DNA of 64,000 nucleotides from a virus. Shown one piece after another: positions 49,695 through 63,076 of this stretch. A model generated the notes under the pieces. That model did no database searches. It was not told where the DNA came from and saw only the letters and a program-made list of their open reading frames with translations. The stretch covers positions 1-64,000 of IMG/VR virus record IMGVR_UViG_3300036879_000022. One strand, given 5' to 3'. Position 1 is the first letter of the stretch. Each line of letters starts with the position of its first letter. The position numbers were made by a program, and so were the translations under genes.

Positions 49695-50108
49695 TCAAGA
49701 GATGCGCGACCACGTGATGACGCCCTCGAAGTTGCCGAGCTGGGCGCGCTCGGCCTCGGTCAGCTCCAGCCGATCCATGATGGCATAGGGCGTCTCAGGG
49801 GCGTCCGTGGCAGCTCTCAGGTTGGCCGCAGTCGCAAGGTGGCCGGCAGCTTTTGTGGCTCTTTCGGTCTCGTACCCGGGCCGCCCGCGCCGGAGCAGAC
49901 TGAGCACGTATTTCTCATTCTTGGTTGCCAGCTCTTCCACGGTAAGAGCCCGACGCGTCGGTGGCCCGGCGTCAACAACGGCTCGCTCTGCACGGGACAA
50001 GTACATTCGGTTGACCCGGCTAGGTCGGCCATTGAAAGGCTTGGTCATGCCCTGAGCGGCGGCAATCTCGGCATACGAGCGGATGAGCGGTCGGCGAACT
50101 TGGGGCAC
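49695..50108 (-). CDS. hypothetical protein
   Basis: First gene of the leftward transcription unit. Confidence 0.6.
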   Translation of the reverse strand: MPQVRRPLIRSYAEIAAAQGMTKPFNGRPSRVNRMYLSRAERAVVDAGPPTRRALTVEELATKNEKYVLSLLRRGRPGYETERATKAAGHLATAANLRAATDAPETPYAIMDRLELTEAERAQLGNFEGVITWSRIS

Positions 50109-50289
50109 TTTTCCATCCTTTTTGAGGGGTCATTTTCGCGGTGTTTGATGTGCGTTATCACAAGGCTCGGGCCGATGTCAAGTTGGGCGCTCTGGGACGG
50201 CTCGCCGGGGGATTGTTCAATGGTTTCAACGTTTGTCGCTGGGCGGCTACTCAGTGACGCACACTCAGAACTCAGTGGCCGCTGAAAGG

Positions 50290-51140
50290 TTTTCCATTTG
50301 TCAAATCAACAACTTGTCTTGTATTAACTCATCCACTCATTAGGTCTCATAAACTCCAGCTATAGAAGTCCATGTATCAGCCCCTCGGAAGAGCCCTATA
50401 TATGCTGTATGTGGAAAGGCTGGTAAGGGAAATCATAACAGCACAGTAAGAGAGTGTCCGGTAAGTGCTTGATCAGTCAAGGCCTTTAGCGATGCTCAAA
50501 TCGCGACCCAACCCTCAGGGGCCTATGGCTGCGCTGCCATACTGACCATGTCAAGCACTAGTTTAGATTAACTGCCTCAATGGGCGCGTTAACCTTACCA
50601 GTTAACCTTAACTACGCGCATGCGTGGTTAACCTTAATTGTGCGCCATAATGGCACACCTTATCGCTTATTAACGTTAATAATCAACCACTTAACCCCTG
50701 TATAGGGCACCCTTAACCCTACTAATTAAGGTTAACCCTCCCCTACGCGCGAGCACACAGGGTCAGGGGGGCTGTCAACCACACTATACTACCTATTGGT
50801 ATTAACCTTAACTATTCAGGTTAACCGCAGCCTGCCTTGTAGGGTGCAGCCTATAGGCTATGTGGTATTAACCTTAACTATTAAGGTTAACGATCCCCTA
50901 CGCGCGCGCGCAGCCACATGCGATGCATTAACCTTAATAGTACACCATATCATGCAGTACAACCTGTGATCGCGTTGACCTACCAAGGTTGGTGTGGTAC
51001 CCTGCGCGCCGGGGAACTACGGGGTAGGCCCCAAATTTCGACGGATCGGCAGGATGCCTATGCCCCCTTGTGCATTCACACTTCCCCGATTTTGAGATTA
51101 AACCCGCCAGAAAAATAAAAATATCCCGGAGAAAAATTTA
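50290..51140. other. AT-rich non-coding strand-switch region with repeated palindromes (candidate origin and/or genome terminus)
   Basis: No credible ORF; TTAACCTTAA-N3-TTAAGGTTAA copies at 50713, 50802 and 50868. Confidence 0.6.
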
Positions 51141-51178
51141 GGGTTGACACAATTCCGGTTTTCTACTAGACGACAAGC

Positions 51179-51781
51179 ATGGCACTCACGTTCAAAAATG
51201 ATCCGGCTCGCACCGCCGCTCTCGCGGACAACCTGACCACGTATGTCGGGCGCCCGTGTCTCCGTTGCGAAACCGTCGAACGATATACTTCGTCCGGGGC
51301 GTGCATCACATGCACAAAAGCCCGATCGACCCAACGTGGTGGCTCCGCACTGACGCGCTACAGGCCGAGCGAAGACAGCGCACGCGGTGCCGCGCTCGCG
51401 GCTGAAGAGAAGACATACATCGGGCCGCCGTGTCGAACGTGCACAAGCACCGAACGATACACGTCGTCAGGCGGATGTGTCCACTGCACGAAGGCCGCTG
51501 TCACTCAGCGCGGCGACGGCAGGCCCCGGCGAAAGTACGAGCACCACGAGAAGCACGGGCTCAGCGTTCCGCTGCAACCGGAAGACAGCAAGTGCGAATG
51601 CTGCGGCAAACCCGCGAAGCTCGTCATCGATCACGACCATAAGCTCGAAATTCTCGGCTTCCCGGGCAGCGAAACTTTCCGAGGATGGATTTGTTACGCT
51701 TGCAATGCAGGCATTGGTCGGCTAGGGGATGACATCGCGGGAGTGCAGCGCGCTCTCGACTACCTACGGAGACCACGATGA
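51179..51781 (+). CDS. endonuclease VII-like (recombination/homing) nuclease with two N-terminal Zn modules
   Basis: CECC...LVIDHDH...RGWICYACNAGIG. TTGACA-N17-TAGACG lies 6 nt before the ATG, so the mRNA is likely leaderless. Confidence 0.88.
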   Translation: MALTFKNDPARTAALADNLTTYVGRPCLRCETVERYTSSGACITCTKARSTQRGGSALTRYRPSEDSARGAALAAEEKTYIGPPCRTCTSTERYTSSGGCVHCTKAAVTQRGDGRPRRKYEHHEKHGLSVPLQPEDSKCECCGKPAKLVIDHDHKLEILGFPGSETFRGWICYACNAGIGRLGDDIAGVQRALDYLRRPR

Positions 51782-54426
51782 CCGTTGCATGCGACGACCG
51801 CTATCACACCGAACTCAATTTCCAGCGCGAGGTTTTCGCGAGCCGCGTCCGCGCGAGCCTCGCTCGCGAGACGCATGTCATCGTCGGCGATCACACACCC
51901 GAGGTTCGCGACGAAGGGCTCTGGCCTGACGACGGTCTCGGCAACATGCGGCTCAGCGGCTCCGGCGCCCAAGTGCGCGCGATGAACCGTTATCGTGGAC
52001 AGGCGTTCAAGGATGGCCCGCGATGAGACCCGGTGACGAAGTCGAATGCATCAAGGACATGAGCCGCATCTGGCATCTGCGCAACGAACGGTTCTGGCAT
52101 TGCGCGACCCCCGTCGTCGGCCGGCGCTACATCGTGCGCAACGTCTGTCCTGTGTCCCGGGACGTGCCGCGCATCCTTCTTGCGGGGCTCGTGAACCCGG
52201 TCGTGAAGTTCTACGCGCACGCATCCGGCGAGGCGTCGTTTCCGATGAAGCACTTTCACAAGATCACGACGACGACCGTCGAGACATGGCTTGAGAAGCC
52301 AACCGACGCGGACAGCGAGCAGTGGGATAATCGACGGGAGGGTCAACGCGTGAGCACAGTTTCGAAGTTCATGAGCATCGGCGACGACGACGATCAGTAC
52401 GCGATGGTTGGCTACACCGGTTTTCACAAACCGATGGCGCCCATCGCAGCGGTCTCCGATGATTTCTTTTTGTGGCTCAAGAGCCACGCGCAGCCGAGCG
52501 CGTGCGAGTGGATGATCCCCGGAGCAAACCATGAGTAAACTCGAACGCGTCCTCATCTGGACATTCATCATCACGGGCATGGGCTGCAACGTCGTGCTCT
52601 ACTACGCGATCTTCAAGATCGCAACCGGATGCACGTCATGATGCGCAAAACCATTTTCACTCTCAACGATCTCCGCGCCGCGTTCGACGGGACGTACCCG
52701 ACGAAGCTGTCGGAAGAGCTGTACGATCGCGCCAAGGCCGAAGGCTACGAGATGGCTGGCTACGTGAGAGGCTGGCAGCGAACCAACTACTTCTCCGGCG
52801 GCTGCGCGTCGCACGCGCCGGATCGCAGCAACCGCTATGTCGTGCCCGCCTCCGCAAGTCATGGACCACGCTAATGGCGGCGCTCTCCCTCACCCAGCGA
52901 TACGCGCTCGAAGCGATGTACTGTTCGAACGGGATCGGATATGACGGGCAGCGGGATCGCACCATGATTGCTCTGCAACAGCGCGGGCTCGCTCGATTTC
53001 AGCGGCGTCACAAATACGGACGCGACTGTTGGCACCTGACCGAGGCTGGCACCGCCGAAGCCGCGAAGCGCGCAGCCCAACGGGCGCGACGCTTCACTAG
53101 AAGTGGATCACCCGGAGCAGATGATGTCCCATCGTGAAAAATCCCTGACGCCGTGGATCACCAACGAGACGCACGGCGATTTGCCGCCGGCACATTTCGA
53201 CGGCACGCGCTGGAGCGACGACGATCCGAAGACCGACCGCGAGAAGCACGAATTCTGTCGGCGGCGGACCGGCGTCTGCGCGACGTTCCTCTCGCCCTCG
53301 CTCTATGCGAAGGCCGAAAGCCTCGGATACGATATGCGCAATTTCGTAATCAACAAGTCAATCCCGGTCGTACTCAGCCCCGGCGAAATCTCGCTCGACA
53401 ATGGCAAGACGTGGGAAATCTCGAAGCTCGCGCCGTCGCACGCGGTGCGCTGGGATGATTGCCGACCGGCCCCCAAGCTGTACCCGCATGGCAAGGTTGG
53501 CCGCAAGCATATCAGCGAGAAAACGTGCGGCGACAAAGATGTCGTCTGCATGCCCGGGCTCGACGGCAAGTGCGTGGCGTGCTCCGATGACGATTGACGC
53601 TTACCACTACGAACAAACGGAGCGCTGGATCAGAGCGATGGCCCAGCGTATCGAGAACTGCCCGCATACCGAGATGTATAGCCTCCGGCCGAAGTCGCTG
53701 CGAATGAGCTGCAAGGATTGCTTTTTCACTCGCGCCATGACGGCCGAGGAAATCGAGAGGACAAAATGAAAACTTCCGAGGTAGCGCAGACCATCACGAA
53801 CCCTCTGCTCAACCTGCGGAGCAGCGCGATCGTCGAGCACGAGCAGACGATGGTCGGCACCGAGACGATCCACCTGACAACACGCGAGCCGTTCACCGAG
53901 GGCGGCCAGATCGACACGTTCAAGATCACCGTCACGAGGCAGCGATGACCGGTAAGTCGAAGTATGACTAGCTTCATGGAGCCATCGGACATCAAGCCCG
54001 GCGATCAGGTCGTTTCTCGCGTCCTAGTCGCGGGCCGAGCCCATACACCAACGATGGACGTTGTCAGTGTCACGGCAGGCTTCGCCACGTGCAGATGGAT
54101 TGGCGTCGATCCGAGCCGCCTCTCTAAGGATGGCAAGGAAATAATTCTTCAGAGATACCCTGTCCCAAGGTTCAACATTTTCCACACGTCCGATTTGGTC
54201 GTCGTGGCTCGACAAGAAGGATTGAGATCGTGAGCGTCATTGACAAACAAATGCTGCGAGAGCTGGAGCGGCGCCTCGCCGAACACGAAGCGGTCATCAA
54301 AGAGCTGTTCAACGTTTTCTCCGCCTATGGAGAGGGCGCGACGGTAGAGCATCGATACCTCGAAGGCACGGACATAACTCCGGATGCGCCGACGATCGCT
54401 GCTATCATTCGAAAAGGACCAAAATC

Positions 54427-54867
54427 ATGACCACCAAACCCCCGGGCGGCAGGCCCGTCAACGATAACCGCCAGATCGCGCTCCAGTACGGTCTCAAGAC
54501 CTACGACGGCAGCCCGCACTCGAAGTGCGGCACCACGGAACGCTACGTCAGCGGCGGCGGATGTGTGCATTGTGCGCGCGTCACCGCGACCGAGCAGCGT
54601 GACGCCCTGAAGTTCTTGAAGCAGCATGCGATCGACGAAGCGATTGCAGCGAAGCAAGCGGCGGACGGCGTTGATCCGGCGAGCATTAACGATGATTTTG
54701 GGATCATCTCGACGCCGTTCGGGACGCAAGGCGAGACCTTCGCGGAAGAGCCTGTTAACGATGACGCCGACAACCCCGACGATCCGCTTGACAGTGCCGA
54801 CGAAGATGGCTTAGAGATCGATGACGCTGAAGCCCGGAGACTGGCGGCGATCGAAGACCTTATGTGA
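54427..54867 (+). CDS. hypothetical protein with Zn module and acidic tail
   Basis: GLKTYDG.PH.KCGTTERYVSGGGCVHC. Confidence 0.7.
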   Translation: MTTKPPGGRPVNDNRQIALQYGLKTYDGSPHSKCGTTERYVSGGGCVHCARVTATEQRDALKFLKQHAIDEAIAAKQAADGVDPASINDDFGIISTPFGTQGETFAEEPVNDDADNPDDPLDSADEDGLEIDDAEARRLAAIEDLM

Positions 54868-56618
54868 GAGCAATATGCCCCCCGAAAGCAGCACCAACTT
54901 CTATGGCCATCTTCTCGCGGACCCCGCGCGCAATCGCGATCTGATCGACTGCTACCTCAGCGGCCAGATTTCGGAGCGCCAGTGGATGAAACACCTTGAC
55001 GCGGAGCCCGGCCTGCTTGACGCATGGGTGGATCGCAAGTATGTGGGTGGACCCCGGCTGACCGTGGAGCACGCCAAGCGCACGATCAGCAAGCACCCCG
55101 CGCTCGCCGTGCCCTACGGCCGAGGCCTTCAGGAGAACACCATTCAGCTCGACGAGATCGCCGTGGCCCAGCGCAAACTTTCACCGCGCCTCCCCACGAT
55201 CGCGGAGGCCACCGAGCGCCGCACCGCGCTGCGCGAGACGATCATCGCGCGCACGCTGCTCGGGCTCACGGTCGGCGGCTTGATCTATTCCGTCTGGGAC
55301 CGCTCCGGCTTTGGCCTCGCCGGGGCCAGCTTCGTCGGCTTCGTCATCACGTGCTTCGTCGCTGGCAACCGCCGGCATGGGCGCAGCGGCGGCGGAGGGT
55401 TTCCCGGATGAGTGCGGTCATGGGAAGTGGTCCCCGAAACAAGGAAGAGACGCTCAACGAACTCAACGAGCGTCATCGGCGTCGTGTGCAGCTCATGCGG
55501 ATGCAGGGCGACATCGATCGGCAGGAGAGACGCGTGCACATCATGTGGGCCGTCGCTGCTGTCCTCGGCGCCATCGCTCTCCTGCTGTTGGCCGTGTCGT
55601 GAGTGTCCCGCCGGAAGAGAAGTTCGAGATGACGCCGGATGAAAGGTTTGAGCTTGCCAAGCAGCTTCGGATTGCCACGCGCAACCGGCGGGTCAGCAAA
55701 GCGTTGCTGAAGCGCGCCGAACAGCGGCAGCTCAACTCCATCGGGTTTGGCGCGGTCGGAAGCGTGATCTTGATTGGCCTGTTAATGTGGGGAATGTTCT
55801 ATGTCGCATTGGCGAGATAAAACGCGCGCACGGCGAAGGCTGGAGATCGTCCGGGTCGTCGTGTTCTTCGGCGTCTCCGTGATCGTTATTGCCTTGATCA
55901 CGTTCGGGGCACTGCGATGAAACCGGACTGCGATATCTGCCAAGGCACTGGCCATGTCCGCCTGATCCGGCACCGCGACAGCGGAGAAAGTTCGCGACGT
56001 TCGCGAGAGCCGCGAGAGCGCCCGGGATCGGTTTTCCGGTCTCGAACTGTTTCAGGATGATGGAGAGATGTCATGAGCCCGGCTACCGAAAATGTTTGCA
56101 CGCTCGCTGTCACGGGCGCAACGATCGCTCTTGCACTTTGGTTCGGAGCTGGCGGCTGGAGCTTCGTTGCGCTGATCTTCCTCGGGAACTTGAACAAGCG
56201 AACGCACAGATGAGCCCGCCTCCGGATGGAAAACATGCCGCGCTTCAGGAGCAGCTCCGTCGTCTCGCGTCGCAGACACTCGATGTGCTCGTGCCGTCCG
56301 ACGATTTGATTATGCTGCTCGATTACATCCGTGAGCTTGAAGAGGCCGACTACCATTCGTGGGAAGCCCATATGGGAGAAGATTTGTGACGCACGACATT
56401 ATCGCGACGCGCATCATCGCCGCGCTCCACGCTGCGGAGGTTGATCTTGTCGGCTCGACCGTGCAGACGTTCAACGGCGAGGCTGGCACCTGCAAAGGCG
56501 TCCGGCTTGACGATCACCACGGACTGTGCTTTACAATCGATGATCCGCGCACGTCGCTCGATATGTACGTGCGCGACATGCGCCGCTGGTACCCCGTTTC
56601 AACAATTAGGATGAAGTC

Positions 56619-57125
56619 ATGAGTGAAGCGACTATCGTCATCCGTTTCATCGCCGAGAAGGGCTTCGTGCCGTGGGCCATCCGCGTGCAAGCGGGCGTCA
56701 CGATGCCCATCACCCCGAACCATGTCGAGAGCGTTTCCCCGGATGGTCAGTGGTATTATGGCGAGCACATCTCAGGCGGCTTGCGCAAGCGCCCCAAGGG
56801 GTATGACAGCGCGACGTTGCTGCGCGAGTTCTTCGTCACGATCCCCTGCACTCAGGCGCAGGCCGATGCCTACTATGGCTATCTCGAAGGCAAGGTCAAC
56901 AATGAGCCGTATGACTGGCGGTCGATCGTCAGCTTCGTCATCCCGTCGTGGAATTTGCACAAAGTCGGCGAGCTGATCTGCTCGGCGATCACGGGCGCGG
57001 CCTTGCGCAAGAGCGAAGTTTTCCCGTGGCCACTGGCTGTCCCTTTCCATCATCTGTCGCCGCGTGATATCCTGCTCTTGCTGAGCGCAGTCGTGAAGGT
57101 CGATCATCCGGAGATGCCACTGTGA
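56619..57125 (+). CDS. permuted NlpC/P60 (YiiX/YebB-like) protein
   Basis: NHVE...PYDW...LICS: His before Cys. Confidence 0.7.
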   Translation: MSEATIVIRFIAEKGFVPWAIRVQAGVTMPITPNHVESVSPDGQWYYGEHISGGLRKRPKGYDSATLLREFFVTIPCTQAQADAYYGYLEGKVNNEPYDWRSIVSFVIPSWNLHKVGELICSAITGAALRKSEVFPWPLAVPFHHLSPRDILLLLSAVVKVDHPEMPL

Positions 57126-59066
57126 CCTCACTCCGCATCATCGTCTGTCTGCTTGTCGGTCTCAGCTTTCTGGCGGGGAATATCGTCGGGTATAAGAGCG
57201 GCTGGGGTGATGGCGCCGGCTCCGCCCTCAACGACGTTGCTAAGGTCAAGGAAGAACACGACCGCATCATGCACAAGCTCGGCCTGTGCAAGTGGGCGCA
57301 AATCTGGGCCGAGGATACCCGGTGCAAGGCGGAGCGGCCATGATCACGATCGAGAAACCTGACCCTCACTGCATCGGATGGGTACGAGCAAGCGCCGCAC
57401 TCTACGGCATGTCGCGTGATCACGATCTTGATGAGCCCGTTCTGTTGAGCGAGCCAGTCTTCTGTCGCGTGAGGCTCGGCGAGATGTCGGTCATCGCCGA
57501 TCGCGAGATTGTATTGAAGGCGTGGTGCGCAGGGCACCATGTTGCGCTTCGCTTCACATTCAAGGACGGGAGCTTCTACGAGGTCGAAAGCGGCGAAATT
57601 TCCAGCATCCTCAACGGCCAGACAGCAACAGTGGACGTGACCCGTCCCACATTACGGGGCGCCCGGGGCATGTCATGAAGGTTCATCCGAACAACGATCC
57701 GATGCTTGACCGTTGCGAGGCCGCGTACCGCGCGGAGTACGAGCGATGGTGCGTGCGCCGTGTGCGCGCCGACGACAGCCACAACTTCCATCTTGTCCGC
57801 AACGCGAGCCCAAACCGCGACCTCATCACCGATCAACAAGAGATCGTCAAGCTGGCCAAGCACGAGGCCGAGAGCTACAGCGACGCGGAGAGTTGGCTCA
57901 ACACCTATCGCGGACGCGCTGCGATGCGCGCCGCACTGGAGACGCTGAAATGATCATCTGCAAGCTTCCGCCCAAGCAGGGTATCCGGTTCGCGTGGATG
58001 CCCGTGTGGACCGAGGATGGCAAGGTATGGCTTGAATGGGTCCACTTCCGCTACAACGATGTCGGGCTCGAAGGTAGCTACACCTATCGCCGCTGGGTCC
58101 CAACGAAGGAATACGACGCGGGCAAGCGTGCGTGGGGCTCGACGTGTCCGAGCGTGACCGGCCGCGACGGAGCCGACTATGAGTGACGTGCTCGCACTCG
58201 CGGCCCGCGCCGCCGGCATGCTGGAGAATACCAGCGACAGCCTCGAAGACCTCGCCGAGCGCGACGCGCGGACTGCCGAGGTAGTTGACGACGCCGAGTT
58301 TTTGAAGTATCTCGACAGCATGGTCTTCTGTTGTGTCTCGTGCAATTGGTGGCATCGCCAGCGCGAGAACGCGACGCCGGACGGCGCCGAGTGGGAATGT
58401 CAGGAGTGTCACGATGAGCGATAGCGCATATGAAGCGGAGGCCGCGCGCACGCACGCGGCCATGCTCAAGGCCCGTGATCCCGTGCCCAAGTCGTACCCG
58501 GCGCGCGACAAGGCATTCAGGGAATGGGCGGACAGTGCGATCAGCGCTGCGAACCCGCCGGAGCGTGCGTTCGCCAAGGCTATATTCGTCGCCGGCTGGG
58601 ACGCGCGCAAGCGTGCCCAGTACAGCGGCGACGCCAGTTAACCATTCGACCAACGAGGGCTAGACCATGTTCTTCGATCATGCTATCGGGTGGCTCGTGA
58701 TTGGCACGTGCGCGCTGATCCTGATCAGCGTTATCGTTTCCGGCGCACGAGGGAAGTTCAAGTTATGACCGAGACCCAAGCGCGAACGTGGACCGTCTGC
58801 GCGCTGCCGTTTCTGATCCTCGCTGCGCGGAGTTTCGTGTTGTGGATTTGAACGACGCCATCCATACGGCGGAGTGCGGCGGCTTCATCCGCAACGATGA
58901 TACCATGCGTCCCGGTTGGTCAATCCGCTGGGACGCCAAGGACAAGCTGCTCTACTTCTTCGACCCGCAAGGCGAGCGCAAGCACCGGGTTCAATTCAGC
59001 GACACGCACCGCATGTCGTTTCAATGGCGCACCACGATCGACGGCAACTAGGAAAGGAAATCGACA

Positions 59067-60038
59067 GTGACCCCCTTCGGTATTTTTGGAGTGGCAGTTC
59101 TTGCGGTCCTCGTGATCGTGATCCTCGCGCTCACATTCTCGCCGCGACGCAAGCGTCGTCCCGGCGACGGCGAGATGGTCGATCTCTGGGACGGTTCGCA
59201 CTTAGACCGCTCTGGCCTTCCACGTCCCGGCTTCAACGCCAAGGGCGAGTATATTCCATTCCCGCCGCCCGCGTACTCCCCCGTCGCGCTCGACAAGATG
59301 CGCGATCGTTTCCGGGACGGCGGCCTCGCGCATTCAATCCCGCGTGCGGAGCCCCCGGCCGCTGCAAATGCCTATCACACGGCGAAGGGTCCGGTGCCGC
59401 CGAGCTTCGGCAAGCGCAAGCCCTCGATCTTCCTGACCCCGCGCCAGTTGGAGCGGGTCAACATTCAGCGCAAGCTTCAGGGGCGCCAGCCGCTCAACCG
59501 GCGGGGCTTCACCAACGCGGTCGCCCATGCGTGGGACCAACATGAGAGCACTCATCCCACGCGCCAGAGCCAGCCGGTCAATACCGGAGATTGGTTGACG
59601 TACCTCATCCTGTACGAATGCCTGTTCGATGACCACTCGACGGGCCGGACCTACGTCGATACCGGCCTGACGATCACCCCCGAGGCCCCCTACAACGGGC
59701 ACGGGGGCGAGTTCGCCGGGGCGGGCGCATCCGGTGACTGGGCGAGCCCGACCGCATCCACGGCTGCGGCTGCGGCGGCTATCGCGGCTGACGGGGGCGC
59801 GCCGTTCCCCGCCCCGCAATACACCGATGACAATGCGCCTGAGCGCGCCGTCGAGCCGGCCATCACCGGGAACGGCTACCACTTCACCGACCCGGCGCCG
59901 TCAACTCCGAGCTATACACCGGACCCCGCGCCGTCAACTCCGAGCTATACGCCGGACCCGTCGCCCAGCTACTCGCCGGACCCGAGCCCGAGCTTCGACA
60001 GCGGCAGCTCGTCTTCGGGCGGCGGCGACGGCTCATGA
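59067..60038 (+). CDS. membrane-anchored protein with Pro/Ser repeat tail
   Basis: N-terminal TM; GGEFAGAGASGDW; (PAPSTPSYTPD)x2, PSPSY. Confidence 0.75.
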   Translation: MTPFGIFGVAVLAVLVIVILALTFSPRRKRRPGDGEMVDLWDGSHLDRSGLPRPGFNAKGEYIPFPPPAYSPVALDKMRDRFRDGGLAHSIPRAEPPAAANAYHTAKGPVPPSFGKRKPSIFLTPRQLERVNIQRKLQGRQPLNRRGFTNAVAHAWDQHESTHPTRQSQPVNTGDWLTYLILYECLFDDHSTGRTYVDTGLTITPEAPYNGHGGEFAGAGASGDWASPTASTAAAAAAIAADGGAPFPAPQYTDDNAPERAVEPAITGNGYHFTDPAPSTPSYTPDPAPSTPSYTPDPSPSYSPDPSPSFDSGSSSSGGGDGS

Positions 60039-63000
60039 GATGCCTCGACGCGAGCGATCGTGAAAAACTGCTTGACCTCATCGTGGAGGCCAAGTTAGTA
60101 GAGATCACCTACGCTCGCGTCGAAGACGGCTCGATCTATTGCACCATTCAACGAAGGAAGAACCCCCATGGCGACCTCAGCCGAACAACTGATCCTGCGC
60201 GGATTGAACCTCGTGATCCGGGCGAGCTTTTCACCGAATGATCCCGCTGGGCAGGCGAAGCACTTCGCCGCGCTGACGCAGGACATCGGACCGTGGTTCA
60301 AGGACTACGCCGAAGAGATTGCGAAGCCCGCAGTCGATTGGAGTGTTGATTTCCAGGAGGCGACCGAAGACGGCGACCTGCAACAGTGAACCCCTACAGG
60401 GTCACATGGGCGATCGAGCACACGCCTGACGGCTCCTATGTCGTCGAGCGCGAGACCGATCGCCCCGTGACCGTCTACGGCCCAATGCCCGCTGCTCTCG
60501 TGACCGCGTTCATTCGCGATCGGGAAGCAGTGATCCGAGAAGTTTTTCAGGCGCATCTTAACAGGAGTTTCCTTCATGGCCAAAACCCGCCGCAAGAAGA
60601 TTAACAAGTCCCCCAGCCGTCCGTATCGCAACGCCAAGGCGTTCATCGCCGACAGGGGCGACATGATCACCACGGCCGGCGTGCGCGGACGCACCAAGGT
60701 CGTGCGCGTGCGCGACGAAAACGACAAGCGCGTCACGTCGGTTCGGTCCGTCATGGTCGTGCCGCAAGTCGCGGCGAAGACCGGGAGAGCCCGCGACGCC
60801 GAGGGAGCCCCGACCAACAAGCCCCGGGGCATCTTCGTGGGGCGCTGGTACACTGGCATCGCGCGCAGCAAGGTCTACCCGACGCACGGCGCGAAGCGCG
60901 GCGGCGTGGCACCCAAGCCCGCCGGGCTCATGGCGCGGGCTGCCAAGGCGGTCAAGCGCGTGGTCGTCCGGGACGGAGCCAAGTGATGCAGACGGCTATC
61001 GAAACCGAGTACCAGCGCCAGCGCATCATTGGCGTCGCTGACGCGATCCGTGGGCTACAGGCGTGTGGCGACGAGCGCCGCGCAATCCAGTTGCTCATTC
61101 TGAGATTTCCCGAGGCCGCGCGGTACGTGCCGATTGGCAGCCGCATCGGCGAGCCGAGGCTGACGCCGCGAGCCGCGATCTCATATCGCGAGGGCACGGT
61201 CCACTACTGGCGCCCCGGCAATGATGGATACGCGGACAGCACATGGTTGGTACCGCAATGAATAGCGTTGACGCGAAGGGCAAGCCCCTCAAGATCGGCG
61301 ACGAAGTCTATTGCTTCATCAAGGGCCATGGCAGCGAAGGGTGTTTTGGTTTCATCATCGGCGTGATGAGCTACGCGACAGATGCGGATGACGAGGTTGT
61401 CTGCATCGCATCGGAGCAATACTCCGGCATGCCAGTGAACACCGCGCATCTCCAGCGCACGGGCGAGCACCGTCCGGACGTGGCGCGAGCGCGGCGCGAG
61501 CAGTATCTCATGCAAATCCCCGGCGCATTTAAGCCGGAATAGAACGTGGCGAAATTATGAAAAACGACCCCGCGAGTAGATCAGTGACGGAGCGCGAAGT
61601 CCTTATCCGAGTGACCGCCAGTTTGGCCGCTGCGATCTCGATACTGGAGCGCATACCGGGCGCACCGAAGGCCGTTGCATCGGACAAGATGTTCAAGCAG
61701 ATGATCGTGGACTATACGCGCTCGCTCAATGCAGCGCGGTCGCTGCTACGCGGAGCGGACTGATCTAATCCGACCCATGCGAGCCCGAGCTGTTGCTCAG
61801 CGGTGCGCTTGCGGACGTTCTCGAACGCCGCCCGCTGGAGCCTTGCAAGCTCCAGCGTGATCTCTTCGTGGATGTCAAACATCGGACTAGGCTTTCCGGT
61901 AAGAGTTGATGAGGCCGCCGACCGACGCCGCGTAGTACGCGACGTAGTCGCCCTCCGGCTGTTTCTCCGTGGCGGCGCAGAGCCGGTCGAATTTCCGGTT
62001 GGCCTCGTGCCGCGTGCAGTAGACGCTTTCGGTCGAATGCGCGAAGTGATTGCACACGACGAAGGTGAACATTTCATTTTCCATTTTGCTTCTCCAGTGC
62101 TCTCACGATGGTCATGATCTCGACGGCGCGGCCCTGACAGTTGCCCAGCGTGCGCCGCCATTCGATGCCGAAGTGGTGCGTCAGGTATTTGTGCGCGTCG
62201 TGATCATAGACGCTGATGCCGAAGCCCGCGTCCGTGCTCTTGACGATGTCGAACTTGATGTTGCCGTGCTTGGCATGGTATTCGTACATCGGACGGCCCG
62301 AGTTATCCTCGCCGTCGTTCTCGCGCGTCCATTCCAGCCCGGCGACAACCTCCCATGCTTTCTTCGGCTTGCGCCGACAGAGAGCGGGGAAATTGTGTCT
62401 ATGCACGGCCTCGGCAGACATGCTGCGAAACCGTTTGCCACATCGGCATGACAAGTCCATAGCTCAACCCTCCAGTGACGCTTTGCAGGCGGCCAGCGAG
62501 ACGAATACTTCGCCGCCGAGCTTGTCGCCCTTGGGGTAGTAGCACCACCCGCCGGTCACAAGGTGGGGGACGCGGGCGCCCGTTAAATGCCTGATAGTGC
62601 CGACGCGACGGCCGGCGATGAAGACCTTGACTTCGGTGTAGGTCTCATAAGTGATCGTGCTCATGGTGTGCTCCGTTAGAAGTTTGCGCTGTCGTCGAAC
62701 GAGAATGTCCGAACGTCCTGTGTTTCGTCACCATCCGCGAAGATGACAACGTCGCCTTCCGCCACTTCGTCAACCGCACGGCGGTCCCAGAAGCGATGGA
62801 TAAAATCGGGTCGGCCCCATGTCTTGATCGCGTTCCAGTAGCGATCGTCCTTGAAGCCGACGAAGTGAAACGCACCGCGCTCTTCGTAGGGCGTGCCGCG
62901 CGTGACCTTCTGCCAAGCAGCGCGCGTCACGTAGAGCCCGCCATCGGCCCGGCGCTCGACGACGCCGCTGTCGATCAGGGATTGATGCGGGTCTTCCCCG

Positions 63001-63076
63001 GGACCGTGCATAGCTCAGCTCCAGAGTTTGAGGCGGCGCCTGCGATAGCGGGCAACAGAGTTCGCTAGAGAAACTG

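Noticed and set aside
50570-50945. CRISPR array
   Set aside because: Repeats are degenerate with irregular spacing and no cas operon. The Cas4-like DUF2800 gene is a normal member of this replication block.
51111-51140. Self-target for the omegaRNA-like guide (TCCCGGAGAA, also near 12616 and 14365)
   Set aside because: Only a short gapped similarity, with no adjacent TCAT.
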